From the NCBI GenBank assembly GCA_017532155.1, contig JAFXJP010000011.1, forward strand, positions 1 to 31,470: DNA of 31,470 nt. Direction: 5' to 3'. The stretch comes from Clostridia bacterium (GTDB lineage Bacteria > Bacillota > Clostridia > Christensenellales > Aristaeellaceae). The translations under genes were made by a program, and so were the position numbers. Of this stretch, positions 21,157 through 31,024 are shown piece after piece. How positions within the stretch are numbered: position 1 is the first letter of the stretch; each line of letters begins with the position of its first letter. A model generated the notes under the pieces. The model worked only from the letters and a program-made list of their open reading frames with translations, did not search any database and was not told the DNA's origin.

Positions 21157-22278
21157 TTACAGCTGCTTCACCCAGCTGCGGCGGCGGCGAATATTCTTCT
21201 CGCCTTCAAACCAGTTCCACAGCGCGCGGATCTCCTGGTTGCTTTCCAGGTTCGGGCCAGTCTCAGCCACTTCAATGCCCGCCTCGCGCGCAACCTTGAG
21301 CATCTCCCAGATGAGCAGCGCGCTGGCGCCGGAATTGCGGTGATTGCTGTCCACCGCGATCAGATACAGATCCAGAATCTTGGCATGCTGCGCGCGCCAG
21401 AGGAACTCTGCCCAGCCGAAGGGGACGAGATGACCGTTGCTGCGGCGCACGGGCTCATTGAGGTTGGCCACCGCCAGGCCAAAGGCGATCAGCTCGCCCT
21501 GTTCATTTTCGATGAACTTGACAAAGCGGCAGTCCACCAGCATCAGGAACTGACCAAGGTAATGGTCAATCAGGCGGGGCGTGAAGGGCACCGAGCCATA
21601 GAGCTTGGAGTACTCGCGGTCCACCATGTCAAACAGCTTTTTGATGTAGGGCTTAAGCTGCTTTTTGTTCTTGATATCGACAACCTTCAGCTTGTAGCGG
21701 CGCTTGATAAACTCGCACAGCTTGGCCATCTTTTCTTCTTCCTTGAGCTTGGTGTAAAGACGGCTCTCCACCCAGTCCACGTCCTTAACGTAGCCGAGCT
21801 TCTCCATGTGCTTCATGTAGTAAGGATGATTGTAATAGGTGATAAACATGCTGGGCTCTTCAAAGCCCTCAATCAGCATGCCCTCTTTATCCTGATCGCA
21901 AAAGCCCACAGGGCCAACAATTTCCTTCAGTTTTGCCTCGCGGCCCCAGTCTTCGATGGTCTTCATCAGCGCGGCCGAGACCTCGTAATCGTCAATGAAA
22001 TCCAGTCTCGTCAGGCGGATGCGCTGCTGATCCCACTTCTCGTTGGAGGCGTGATTGATAATACCGCCCACGCGGCCGACCACCTTGCCATCCTTATACG
22101 CCAGGAAAAAGCGCATATCGCAAAAATCGAACGCAGGGTTCTTCTTTTCGTCGATATTGCTCATTTCATCGCTGACCAGCGACGGCACGTAGTACTGATT
22201 TTCCCGATACATCTTATTGGGAAATTCAACAAAGGTTAAACGCTCCTTGTGCGTCTTTACTTCCCGAATTTCTACCAT
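21157..22278 (-). CDS. GNAT-fold acyltransferase-like protein (large ~370-aa family usually annotated N-acetyltransferase)
   Basis: 373-aa ORF. The N-terminal pattern EIREVKTHKERLTFVEFPNKMYRENQYYVPSLVSDE..NPAFDFC..FFLAYKDGKVVGRVGGIINH matches, from memory, a conserved Firmicutes/Bacteroidetes family annotated as GNAT. No acetyl-CoA motif verified by alignment. Confidence 0.55.
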   Translation of the reverse strand: MVEIREVKTHKERLTFVEFPNKMYRENQYYVPSLVSDEMSNIDEKKNPAFDFCDMRFFLAYKDGKVVGRVGGIINHASNEKWDQQRIRLTRLDFIDDYEVSAALMKTIEDWGREAKLKEIVGPVGFCDQDKEGMLIEGFEEPSMFITYYNHPYYMKHMEKLGYVKDVDWVESRLYTKLKEEEKMAKLCEFIKRRYKLKVVDIKNKKQLKPYIKKLFDMVDREYSKLYGSVPFTPRLIDHYLGQFLMLVDCRFVKFIENEQGELIAFGLAVANLNEPVRRSNGHLVPFGWAEFLWRAQHAKILDLYLIAVDSNHRNSGASALLIWEMLKVAREAGIEVAETGPNLESNQEIRALWNWFEGEKNIRRRRSWVKQL

Positions 22279-22326
22279 AGCCTCTCACATCCTACAGTTT
22301 ATTAATAGCTATCGTGTGCTACATCT

Positions 22327-22355
22327 ATTATAGAACTGTTTATTTTGTAAAACAA
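22327..22355 (-). promoter_or_regulatory. Possible promoter for the GNAT-like gene
   Basis: Minus strand: TTGTTT (22355-22350), 17-nt spacer, TATAAT (22332-22327) in an AT-rich intergenic region. Confidence 0.5.
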
Positions 22356-22420
22356 GTGCGAATTATGGCGAAAATAGGTCAATTGCGCCGCAATTTCCGT
22401 TTTTCCCACTGAGCTTTTGC

Positions 22421-22449
22421 TTGCCTATGCGCCAAAATAATGGTATGAT
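22421..22449 (+). promoter_or_regulatory. Sigma-A-type promoter for GT2-GtrA (and possibly the downstream lepA-topB string)
   Basis: TTGCCT (22421-22426), 17-nt spacer, TATGAT (22444-22449) with TG at 22441-22442. Confidence 0.6.
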
Positions 22450-22509
22450 ATGATAGTTAAGGTGGCGTTTTGTGCCCCTTTATCAACCAAAGAAAACGAG
22501 GCTAAAAAT

Positions 22510-23586
22510 ATGCAGGCAAAAGAGCTTTGCGTTCTGATTCCCTCCCTCGAGCCTGACGAGCGCCTGGTCGCATATGTGGATGAGCTGCTGGCGGCTGATT
22601 TTGGTCAGATCGTCATCGTCAATGACGGCTCAAGTGAAAAATACGACGACATCTTCAATTGCCTTTCCGCCAAGGAGCGCTGCACCGTGCTGCGCCATGA
22701 AGTGAACCGCGGCAAGGGCGCCGGCCTGAAAACGGGCATTGAATACATCAAAAATCACACCGCATTTGACGGCGTGATCACCGCCGACGCGGACGGCCAG
22801 CACATCGTATCCGATACGCTGAAAATGGCCGCCGACATGCACAAGGACAAAAAAGAGCTGCTGCTGGGTTCGCGCGATTTTTCGGGCAAGAATAAAAACA
22901 TCCCCTCCCGCTCGCGCTTTGGCAACCGCGTGACCAGCGCCGTGTTCGCCGCGCTCTACGGTCACTGGCTGCCCGATACGCAGACGGGCCTGCGCGCCAT
23001 CACCCGCGCGGGCTATGACGATCTGCTGTCGGTCACGGGCGAACGCTTTGAGTATGAAATGAACATGCTCATCTACTGCGCGATGAACAAGATCCCTTTC
23101 AAGATCATCCCGATCGAAACGATCTATCTGGAAGAGAATAAGTCCTCGCACTTTAATCCCCTGCGCGATTCCATCCGCATTTACAAATTGCTGCTGGGCT
23201 CCTTCCTGCGCTTCTCGGCGGCGAGCATCGCGTCCTTCCTGATCGATTTCATCCTGCTGACCGTGCTGGCCAACTTCGTGTTCCCCGCCGTCAGCCACGG
23301 CGCCTTCTTTGCCAAGGTGCTGGCCCGCTGCGTATCCGCGCCCTGCAATTTCTGGATGAACAGCAAATACGTGTTCGAACAGAAAATGAGCAAAAAGACC
23401 TTCACCCGCTACATCCTGCTGGCCGTATTCATCATGGTGGTTTCCGCTCTGGGTGTGGACGGCATCATGAGCTGGCTCAAGTTCCCCACCGCCATCATCG
23501 GCTTTGTGGGCATCGTGGTGGATATCGTTCTTTACCTGGTCAGCTACCGCGTGCAGCGCAACTGGGTATTTAACACCAACAAATAA
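22510..23586 (+). CDS. Bifunctional family-2 glycosyltransferase / GtrA-like membrane domain protein (polyprenyl-phosphate glycosyltransferase type)
   Basis: N-terminal GT2 motifs (VLIPSLEPDE, IVIVNDGSS, ADADGQH). C-terminal 4-TM GtrA-like module (FLRFSAASIASFLIDF..NFWMNSKYVF..YRVQRNWVF). Start moved to ATG 22510, because the promoter -10 ends at 22449 and the track start is at 22450. Confidence 0.8.
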   Translation: MQAKELCVLIPSLEPDERLVAYVDELLAADFGQIVIVNDGSSEKYDDIFNCLSAKERCTVLRHEVNRGKGAGLKTGIEYIKNHTAFDGVITADADGQHIVSDTLKMAADMHKDKKELLLGSRDFSGKNKNIPSRSRFGNRVTSAVFAALYGHWLPDTQTGLRAITRAGYDDLLSVTGERFEYEMNMLIYCAMNKIPFKIIPIETIYLEENKSSHFNPLRDSIRIYKLLLGSFLRFSAASIASFLIDFILLTVLANFVFPAVSHGAFFAKVLARCVSAPCNFWMNSKYVFEQKMSKKTFTRYILLAVFIMVVSALGVDGIMSWLKFPTAIIGFVGIVVDIVLYLVSYRVQRNWVFNTNK

Positions 23587-23625
23587 TCCTTATCTCATTC
23601 TTATTCCGAAACGGAGGAATCCCCT

Positions 23626-25434
23626 TTGAGTCTTGACAGAATGCAGCGCATCCGCAATTTCTGCATCATCGCCCATATCGACCATGGCAAATCCACGCTG
23701 GCCGACCGCATTTTGGAGCACACCGGCGTGTTTGAAAAGCGCGAAATGGTGGAACAGATCCTCGACTCGATGGAACTCGAGCGTGAAAGAGGCATCACCA
23801 TCAAGAGCAAGGCAGTCCGCATGAATTACAAGGCCAAGGACGGCGAAACCTACGTGCTCAACCTGATCGACACCCCCGGCCACGTGGACTTTACCTATGA
23901 AGTTTCCCGTGCGCTGGCTGCCTGCGAGGGCGCTCTGCTGGTGGTGGACGCAACCCAGGGCATCGAAGCGCAGACGCTGGCGAACGTATACATGGCGCTG
24001 GAGCATGATCTGGAAACGATCCCCGTCATCAACAAGATCGATCTTCCCAGCGCGCAGCCTGAGGTTGTGCGCGAGGAAATCGAAGAAGTGATCGGCCTGG
24101 ACGCCTCCATGGCGCCGCTCACCAGCGCCAAGCAGGGCATCGGCATTGAGAATGTGCTGGAAGCCGTCGTCACCCAGATGCCCCCGCCCAGAGGCAATTC
24201 TCAAAAGCCCCTGCAGGCGCTGGTATTCGACGCCATTTACGACAACTACCGCGGCGCCATCTGCTATGTTCGCGTGATGGAAGGCCGCGTCTGCCCCGGC
24301 ATGCGCATGCGCATGATGCAGTCCGGCGCGGAATTTGATATCGTGGAAGTGGGCTACCTCTCCCCCGGCTATGAGCCCGCCAGCGAGCTGCTGGCCGGCG
24401 AGGTAGGCTATATCGCCGCCTCCATCAAGGATCTGCGCGACACCCGCGTTGGCGATACCATCACCGACGCCGCCGCGCCCGCTGCCGAGGCGCTGCCCGG
24501 CTACCGCGAGGTTACGCCCATGGTGTACTGCGGTATTTATCCCGCCGACGGCGCAGACTATGAAAACCTGAAAGACGCCCTGGAAAAGCTGCGCATGAAC
24601 GATGCGTCGCTGGCCTACGAGCCTGAAACCAGCGTGGCGCTGGGCTACGGCTTCCGCTGCGGCTTCCTGGGCCTGCTCCATATGGAAATCATCCAGATGC
24701 GTCTGGAGCGCGAGTTTGACCTCGATCTTGTCACCACCGCGCCCAGCGTTATCTACGAGGTGGAAAAGACCAACGGCGATGTCATTTCCATCGACAACCC
24801 TGCCAACCTGCCGCCCGTCACGGAGATCGCCACCATGCGCGAGCCCTTCGTGCTGGTCACCATCTACACCCCGCAGGATTATGTGGGCACGCTGATGGAC
24901 CTGTGCCAGGATAAGCGCGGCGTATTCAAGGACATGCAGTACGAAGGCGGCCGCGTAAAACTCACCTATGACGTGCCGCTCAACGAAGTCATCTTTGACT
25001 TCTTTGACAGCCTCAAGTCCCGCTCCCGCGGCTATGCGTCGCTGGATTACGAACTGATCGGCTATCAGCAGAGCGATCTGGTCAAGCTTGACTTCCTGCT
25101 CAACGGCGACATCTGCGACGCCTTCACCATGATCGTGCACCGCGACAAGGCCTACGACCGCGGCCGCGGCATTGCCGAAAAGCTGCGCGAGGTCATTCCG
25201 CGCCAGCAGTTTGACATTCCGATTCAGGCGGCTATCGGCGGCAAGGTCATCGCCCGCGAAACCGTCAAGGCTGTGCGCAAGGACGTTCTGGCCAAGTGCT
25301 ACGGCGGCGATATTACCCGCAAGAAGAAGCTGCTGGAAAAGCAGAAAGAGGGTAAAAAGCGCATGCGCCAGTTCGGCACGGTAGAAGTGCCCAGCGAGGC
25401 GTTCATGAAAGTATTGAAGATGAACGACGACTGA
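23626..25434 (+). CDS. lepA: Translation elongation factor 4 (LepA)
   Basis: [37 protein letters not shown]-motifs and the characteristic LepA C-terminal domain ([23 protein letters not shown]). TTG start 8 nt after GGAGG. Confidence 0.95.
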   Translation: MSLDRMQRIRNFCIIAHIDHGKSTLADRILEHTGVFEKREMVEQILDSMELERERGITIKSKAVRMNYKAKDGETYVLNLIDTPGHVDFTYEVSRALAACEGALLVVDATQGIEAQTLANVYMALEHDLETIPVINKIDLPSAQPEVVREEIEEVIGLDASMAPLTSAKQGIGIENVLEAVVTQMPPPRGNSQKPLQALVFDAIYDNYRGAICYVRVMEGRVCPGMRMRMMQSGAEFDIVEVGYLSPGYEPASELLAGEVGYIAASIKDLRDTRVGDTITDAAAPAAEALPGYREVTPMVYCGIYPADGADYENLKDALEKLRMNDASLAYEPETSVALGYGFRCGFLGLLHMEIIQMRLEREFDLDLVTTAPSVIYEVEKTNGDVISIDNPANLPPVTEIATMREPFVLVTIYTPQDYVGTLMDLCQDKRGVFKDMQYEGGRVKLTYDVPLNEVIFDFFDSLKSRSRGYASLDYELIGYQQSDLVKLDFLLNGDICDAFTMIVHRDKAYDRGRGIAEKLREVIPRQQFDIPIQAAIGGKVIARETVKAVRKDVLAKCYGGDITRKKKLLEKQKEGKKRMRQFGTVEVPSEAFMKVLKMNDD

Positions 25435-26504
25435 TGGAAGCAAAATACCTTGAAAAATTCCTGTGGATGGCTGAGCGCGTACAGGAACTCGATATCGCCA
25501 CCGGGCAAAGCGAGATCATCGCCGATCTGCCCAGATGGCAAAAGCTCAGCCGCGAGCGCGCCTCGCTGCTGCCCGCCGTGGAAGCCTATAAGAATTATCT
25601 CAAGCTCCTTTCGGATATCGAAGGCGCGAAGGAATTGCTCCTTGATCCCGACATGGCAGAAGAAGCGAAGGAAGAGCTCGCCGCGCTGGAAGCCGAAGAA
25701 GAGAAGCAGAGCGAACAGCTCAAGCTCTTTCTCATTCCGCGCGATCCCAACGACGATCGCAACGTGATCCTCGAAGTGCGTGCCGGCGCAGGCGGCGATG
25801 AAGCCAGTCTGTTTGCTGCGCTGCTTTTGCGCATGTATCTGCGCTATGCCGAGCGCAGCGGCATGCGTGCCTCCGTTACCGACATCAATGAAACCGAGCT
25901 GGGCGGCATAAAGGAAGCCGTGGTCACGCTCACCGGCGGCGGCGCATTCTCGCGCCTCAAGTTTGAATCCGGCGTGCACCGCATTCAGCGTGTGCCCGTT
26001 ACCGAGGCCGGCGGCCGCATCCACACCTCCACCGCTACCGTGGCCGTGCTGCCTGAGGCCGAGGATGTGGAAGTGGAAGTAAAGCAGGAAGATATCCGCA
26101 TCGATACCTACCGCGCGTCGGGACACGGCGGCCAGTACATCAACCGTACCGACAGCGCCGTGCGCATCACACACATGCCCAGCGGCCTTGTCGTCACCTG
26201 TCAGGATGAAAAGAGCCAGCTGAAGAATAAAGAAAAAGCCATGCGCGTGCTCAAATCCCGCCTGTATGATCTTTACCGCAGCCAGGCGGAGAGCGAGTAT
26301 GCCGAAAACCGCCGCGCGCTGGTGGGCTCGGGCGAACGCAACGAGCGCATCCGCACCTATAATTTCCCGCAGGGCCGCGTGACGGATCACCGCATCGGCC
26401 TGACGCTGTATAAAATCGACGCCATCGTGGACGGCGATCTCAATGAAATCATCGACGCGCTCACCATGGAAGATCAGGCGCAAAAACTCAAGGCTCTGGA
26501 ATGA
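25434..26504 (+). CDS. prfA: Peptide chain release factor 1
   Basis: GGQ motif (SGHGGQYINRTDSAVRITH), P-x-T tripeptide (PVT) in RVPVTEAGGRIHTS, and no in-frame frameshift site as in prfB. The ATG shares its A with the lepA TGA (TGATG). Confidence 0.92.
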   Translation: MEAKYLEKFLWMAERVQELDIATGQSEIIADLPRWQKLSRERASLLPAVEAYKNYLKLLSDIEGAKELLLDPDMAEEAKEELAALEAEEEKQSEQLKLFLIPRDPNDDRNVILEVRAGAGGDEASLFAALLLRMYLRYAERSGMRASVTDINETELGGIKEAVVTLTGGGAFSRLKFESGVHRIQRVPVTEAGGRIHTSTATVAVLPEAEDVEVEVKQEDIRIDTYRASGHGGQYINRTDSAVRITHMPSGLVVTCQDEKSQLKNKEKAMRVLKSRLYDLYRSQAESEYAENRRALVGSGERNERIRTYNFPQGRVTDHRIGLTLYKIDAIVDGDLNEIIDALTMEDQAQKLKALE

Positions 26505-26524
26505 TTTTCTACGGAGGAAACACA

Positions 26525-27607
26525 ATGGAACGTGTGTATCAGTTCGCGGCAGGTCCCGCCGTCATGCCTCAGCAGGCTCTGCGCCGCGCCGCAGAAGAGA
26601 TGCTCAATTGGCGCGGCAGCGGCCTTTCTGTGATGGAAATGAGCCACCGCTCTCCCGCCTATCAGGAGATTTTTGACCATACAGTGTCCCTGCTGCGGGA
26701 TCTGATGAACATCCCGGAAGATTATGAAGTGTTACTGCTCCAGGGCGGCGCGACAGGGCAGTTTGCCGCCGTACCCATGAACCTTTTGCACACCTCTGCG
26801 GATTATGTGGATAGCGGCAATTTTGCCCACGTCTCCATGAAGGAAGCGCAAAAATACGGCGCTGTGCGCTGCATTGCTTCCTCGCGGGAGGAAAACTACC
26901 GCCGTGTGCCTGCGGTGGACGCCGCCGCGCTTGATCCTAAGGCGGATTATCTCTATGTAACCACCAACAATACCATTTACGGCACGCGCCTGCCCGCCCT
27001 GCCGGAAAGCGGCAATGTTCCCATCGTAGCGGACATGTCCTCCAATATCCTGTCCGAGCCCTGCGACGTGCGCCGCTACGGCGTAATCTTCGCCGGCGCG
27101 CAGAAAAACATCGGCCCAGCCGGACTCACCGTGGTCATCGTCCGGCGTGATTTGCTGGGCCGCGCCCGCCCGGAAACGCCCAATATACTCAATTGGACCG
27201 TAATGACCGAAAAGGGCAGCATGCTCAACACGCCGCCGACCTATGCCATCTATATGGCGGGTCTCTGCCTGGAATGGCTGCGTGACGAAGGCGGCGTCGA
27301 AGCGATTTACCAGCGCAACCTGCGCAAAGCGAAGCTGCTTTATGACTATCTGGACGAAAGCCGGCTCTTCCGTCCCATTGCGGAAAAGAGCAGCCGCTCC
27401 ATCATGAACGTCACCTTCCGCACGGGCAGCGATGCGCTGGATGCAGCCTTTGTGAAGGGAGCTGCTGCTGCGGGGCTTCTCAGCCTCAAAGGGCATCGTG
27501 TGGCCGGCGGCATGCGCGCCAGCATTTACAACGCAATGCCGGAGGAAGGCGTAAAAAAGCTCGTCGATTTCATGCACAAATTTGAAAAAAACACCGTGGA
27601 GGCGTAA
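26525..27607 (+). CDS. serC: Phosphoserine aminotransferase SerC
   Basis: FAAGPAVMPQQAL, MEMSHRS, LLLQGGATGQFAAVPMNL, FAGAQKNIGPAGLTVVIVR (PLP-Lys block), GGMRASIYNAMP. ATG 26525 lies 7 nt after GGAGG; the track start at 26501 is rejected. Confidence 0.92.
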   Translation: MERVYQFAAGPAVMPQQALRRAAEEMLNWRGSGLSVMEMSHRSPAYQEIFDHTVSLLRDLMNIPEDYEVLLLQGGATGQFAAVPMNLLHTSADYVDSGNFAHVSMKEAQKYGAVRCIASSREENYRRVPAVDAAALDPKADYLYVTTNNTIYGTRLPALPESGNVPIVADMSSNILSEPCDVRRYGVIFAGAQKNIGPAGLTVVIVRRDLLGRARPETPNILNWTVMTEKGSMLNTPPTYAIYMAGLCLEWLRDEGGVEAIYQRNLRKAKLLYDYLDESRLFRPIAEKSSRSIMNVTFRTGSDALDAAFVKGAAAAGLLSLKGHRVAGGMRASIYNAMPEEGVKKLVDFMHKFEKNTVEA

Positions 27608-27609
27608 AT

Positions 27610-28776
27610 ATGTACATCATTCAGACTTATAACAAAATAGCCGAAGCAGGCCTTCAGGGGTTTAACCGTGAACGCTACCACATCGTAGAAGCAACGGACC
27701 GTCCCGATGCCATCCTGGTGCACTCCACCCCCCTGCATAACATTCCCCTGGGACCGGAGCTCAAGGCCATCTGCCGCATCGGCGCGGGCACAAACACCAT
27801 CCCGGTGGAAAAGTGCACGCAACAGGGTATCGTTGTGTTCAATACGCCCGGCGGCAACGCGAACGCCGTCAAGGAGCTGACCATCGCAGCCATTATTCTG
27901 TGCATGCGAAACGTGCTTGCTGCCAATACCTGGGTACGCACGCTCAAAGACGGTGAAAGCGACCCCGGCCGCGCTGTGGAAGCGGGCAAGGAAGTTTACC
28001 GCGGACCGGAACTGATGGGCAAAACCATCGGTATTGTCGGCGTGGGCGCGATCGGCTCGCGCATGGCGCATGCCTGCCATGACCTGGGCATGCAGGTGAT
28101 CGGCTACGACCCCTATCTTCCCCATTCCCGCGTATCGGAGCTCAAGCACATTGTGCAGTTCGTGCAGGATGTGAAGGAGCTTTACGCCGCTGCTGACATC
28201 GTGTCCGTACACATTCCGCTCAATGAAGCGAACCGCGGCTTTGTGTCCGCCGAATCCATCGCGCAAATGAAGGACGGCGTGTATCTCATCAACTACGCCC
28301 GCGGCCCCGTGCTGGATAACGAGGCGGTATGCGACGCCATTGACAGCGGCAAGATCGCCGGCTTCGCTACCGACTTTCCTACTGCGCGCCAGCTGGGTTA
28401 CGAAAGCGCCCTTTGCACCCCGCATCTGGGCGCAGGTACGCCGGAAGCGGACGAAAACTGCTCGGTAATGGCCGCGCGGCAGATCTGCGATTATCTGGAA
28501 AACGGCAATATTTCTCATTCCGTCAATTTCCCCGATGTCTCCTTTTCCCGTGCCGAGGGCGACCGTCTCGCCATCATGCACCGTAACCTGCTGGGCATGC
28601 TGGGCCGCGTAACAGAGCTTGTGGCTGCCGCCGGACTGAATATCGAAAACCTGGTCAACAAGGCAAAGGGCGACATCGCCTATACCCTGCTTGATTTCAA
28701 TGACGAGGTGCCGGATACTGTAGTAGAGCAGCTTAGCGCCCTTGAACACGTCATCCGCGTGCGCCATATCTGCTAA
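27610..28776 (+). CDS. serA: D-3-phosphoglycerate dehydrogenase SerA (2-hydroxyacid dehydrogenase with C-terminal ACT-like domain)
   Basis: NAD motif GKTIGIVGVGAIGSRMA, catalytic-domain blocks VFNTPGGNANAVKEL and NYARGPV, HLGAGT. Adjacent to serC with a 2-nt gap. Confidence 0.85.
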   Translation: MYIIQTYNKIAEAGLQGFNRERYHIVEATDRPDAILVHSTPLHNIPLGPELKAICRIGAGTNTIPVEKCTQQGIVVFNTPGGNANAVKELTIAAIILCMRNVLAANTWVRTLKDGESDPGRAVEAGKEVYRGPELMGKTIGIVGVGAIGSRMAHACHDLGMQVIGYDPYLPHSRVSELKHIVQFVQDVKELYAAADIVSVHIPLNEANRGFVSAESIAQMKDGVYLINYARGPVLDNEAVCDAIDSGKIAGFATDFPTARQLGYESALCTPHLGAGTPEADENCSVMAARQICDYLENGNISHSVNFPDVSFSRAEGDRLAIMHRNLLGMLGRVTELVAAAGLNIENLVNKAKGDIAYTLLDFNDEVPDTVVEQLSALEHVIRVRHIC

Positions 28777-28784
28777 AACATATC

Positions 28785-30971
28785 ATGATCGTTATTGTAG
28801 CAGAAAAGCCCTCTGTCGCGCGCGATATCGCGCGCGTTTTGGGCTGCAAAACAAACGGCGACGGCTGCATCATCGGCGAAAAGTACACTGTCACCTGGGC
28901 GCTTGGCCATCTGGTGACGCTGTGCGAGCCCGATGAAATCGACGAAAAATATAAAAAATGGCGCATGGACCTTCTGCCCATGCTGCCAGACACTTTGCCT
29001 ACCAAAATCATCCCCAAAACGCGCAAACAGTTCACCGTCGTCAAAAAGCTGATCAATGATAAAAATACCGAGCGCCTCATCTGCGCAACCGACGCCGGGC
29101 GCGAGGGCGAACTGATTTTCCACTATATTTACACCCAGGCCAAGTGCGCAAAGCCTGTTGACCGGCTGTGGATCTCCTCCATGACGGACGAAGCCATTCG
29201 CGAAGGCTTTGCCAATTTGAAGCCCGCCGAGGAATACCTGGGGCTGCGCAAAAGCGCCGTATGCCGCTCGGAGGCCGACTGGCTGGTGGGCATGAACGCC
29301 AGCCGCGCCTTCACGCTGCGCTACGATGCGCTGCTTTCCGTCGGCCGCGTGCAAACGCCCACGCTCAATATCCTTGTCAAACGCCGCAAGGAAATTGATT
29401 CCTTTGTGCCGGTCGAATATCACACGCTCACAGCGGATTTCGGCGATTACTCCGGCCAGTGGTACGATGAAAAAGCAGCCGACGAAAAGACTGCCCAGCG
29501 CATCGCCACCAAGGAACGCGCCGAAGAATTGGCCAGTCTTGTTCGCGGCAAGCCCGCCATTGTGCGCGAAGCCACCAGTGAAGAAAAAAAGGAACTGCCG
29601 CCGCAGCTGTATGATCTCACCTCTCTGCAGCGCGACGCCAACCGGATGCTGGGTTTCACGGCGGACAAAACGCTGAAAATTGCGCAGTCGCTATACGAAA
29701 AATGGAAGCTGCTCACCTATCCGCGCACGGACAGCCGCTATCTTCCCATGGATATGCTGCCCAAGCTCTACCAGACGCTCAAGCTCATGGCCGAGCCCTA
29801 CCGCGGCCTCGAAAAAGGCATGGAGCGCAAGGAAGATGGGCATTTATATGTTTCCAAGCGCATTTTTGACAACGCGAAAGTTTCCGATCACCACGCCATC
29901 CTGCCCACGCCGCGCACGGCGGAATTGGACAAGCTGCCGCCGGACGAGCGCAATCTCTATGATCTCGTCGCCCGGCGCATGATCGCCGCCTTCTACCCCG
30001 CGCATGTGTATGACGCCATGAAGGTGATCACGGTATCCGAAGGCGAAACCTTCCGCTCCACCGGCCGCGCCGTCAAGGTGCAGGGCTGGAAAGCGCTGTA
30101 TCAGGAGGATGCGCCCGCCAAGAAAACCCGCAAAAAGAAAGATACGGACGAAGCTGATACCGCGCCGCTGCCGCAGCTCAATCCCGGCGACGCGCGCACT
30201 GTCAAAAAGACCACCGTGCAGCAAAGCGCCACCAAGCCGCCTGCCCCGCACACAGACGCCAGCCTGCTGGCCGCCATGGAGCACGCAGGCCGCGAGATTG
30301 AGGATGAAGCGCTGCGCGAGAGCATGAAAGGCGCAGGCCTTGGCACGCCCGCCACGCGCGCTGCCATCATCGAGCGGCTGATCACAGTGGGCTACGCCGC
30401 CCGCCGCGGACGCACGATCAACGCCACCGACAAGGGCGTGCAGCTCATCGCCGTCGCGCCGGAGGAAATCGCCTCGCCCGAAATGACGGGCAAGTGGGAG
30501 CTGGCGCTGGATGACATTGCCCGCGGCAAACGCGACACCGAGCGCTTCATGGAGGGCATTCGCCGTATGACGGTGTTCCTGGTGGATTACGCCCGCCAGA
30601 ACGCCCCGGCCGTCGATTTCCCCGAGGACATGAAGCGCGGCAAAAAAGGCGCGAAGAAAGCGCCCGCCGCCAAGGCAATCGAGGGCGTTGTCTGCCCCGT
30701 CTGCGGCAAGGGCGTGCAGGAAAGTCCCAAAGCCTTTGGCTGCACGGCCTGGCGCGAGGGCTGCCGCTTCACCCTCTGGAAAAACTGCCTCGATCGCGCC
30801 GGCGGCCCGCAGCTGAATCAGAAAATCGTGCAGCTGCTGCTCCAGTCCGGCGAAGTAAAAGGCAGCACGGGCGTCATCAAAATTGACAGCGGTTATCTGA
30901 CCTATACCAAAACCGGCGAAGAAAATCCCGCCGCGCGCGTCAGCCTGATTTATGAAAAAGCCGCAAAATAA
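28785..30971 (+). CDS. topB: DNA topoisomerase III with C-terminal zinc-ribbon
   Basis: Toprim start MIVIVAEKPS, TDAGREGELIF, active-site block LTYPRTDSRYLP, C-terminal CPVCGK..GCTAWREGCRF zinc finger. 728 aa. No obvious SD; starts 8 nt after the serA stop. Confidence 0.9.
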   Translation: MIVIVAEKPSVARDIARVLGCKTNGDGCIIGEKYTVTWALGHLVTLCEPDEIDEKYKKWRMDLLPMLPDTLPTKIIPKTRKQFTVVKKLINDKNTERLICATDAGREGELIFHYIYTQAKCAKPVDRLWISSMTDEAIREGFANLKPAEEYLGLRKSAVCRSEADWLVGMNASRAFTLRYDALLSVGRVQTPTLNILVKRRKEIDSFVPVEYHTLTADFGDYSGQWYDEKAADEKTAQRIATKERAEELASLVRGKPAIVREATSEEKKELPPQLYDLTSLQRDANRMLGFTADKTLKIAQSLYEKWKLLTYPRTDSRYLPMDMLPKLYQTLKLMAEPYRGLEKGMERKEDGHLYVSKRIFDNAKVSDHHAILPTPRTAELDKLPPDERNLYDLVARRMIAAFYPAHVYDAMKVITVSEGETFRSTGRAVKVQGWKALYQEDAPAKKTRKKKDTDEADTAPLPQLNPGDARTVKKTTVQQSATKPPAPHTDASLLAAMEHAGREIEDEALRESMKGAGLGTPATRAAIIERLITVGYAARRGRTINATDKGVQLIAVAPEEIASPEMTGKWELALDDIARGKRDTERFMEGIRRMTVFLVDYARQNAPAVDFPEDMKRGKKGAKKAPAAKAIEGVVCPVCGKGVQESPKAFGCTAWREGCRFTLWKNCLDRAGGPQLNQKIVQLLLQSGEVKGSTGVIKIDSGYLTYTKTGEENPAARVSLIYEKAAK

Positions 30972-30994
30972 AGCAGAAAAACCTGTTTTTCATC

Positions 30995-31024
30995 TTGCTT
31001 TTTGATTGACACTTGTGTTATAAT
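30995..31024 (+). promoter_or_regulatory. Sigma-A-type promoter for rplS
   Basis: TTGCTT (30995-31000), 18-nt spacer, TGtTATAAT extended -10 (-10 hexamer 31019-31024). Confidence 0.65.

Noticed and set aside
20596-21343. Three overlapping ORFs (159, 227 and 201 aa) across the 20.6-21.3 kb intergenic region
   Set aside because: They run through a chain of palindromic hairpins on both strands and in different frames. Differences between the two repeat copies sit in loops or are matched on both stem arms, rather than being frame-preserving or synonymous. There is no SD. They are treated as artefacts of the repeat array.
23590-25443. 617-aa ORF on the minus strand spanning the whole of lepA
   Set aside because: It is exactly antisense to an unmistakable LepA/EF4 gene. 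Its translation is low-complexity (Ala/Gly/His/Val/Arg-rich) with no recognisable motif and no SD. Long stop-free antisense frames are expected when a GC-rich sense gene avoids the codons TTA, CTA and TCA.
25434-26504. Considered RF2 (prfB) with a programmed +1 frameshift
   Set aside because: The ORF is uninterrupted from the ATG. It carries a P-x-T (PVT) tripeptide rather than SPF, and its N-terminal and GGQ-domain blocks match RF1.
26505-26524. Looked for a T-box, riboswitch or attenuator upstream of serC/serA
   Set aside because: Only 20 nt separate prfA from serC, and they are fully occupied by the SD. There is no room for a structured leader.
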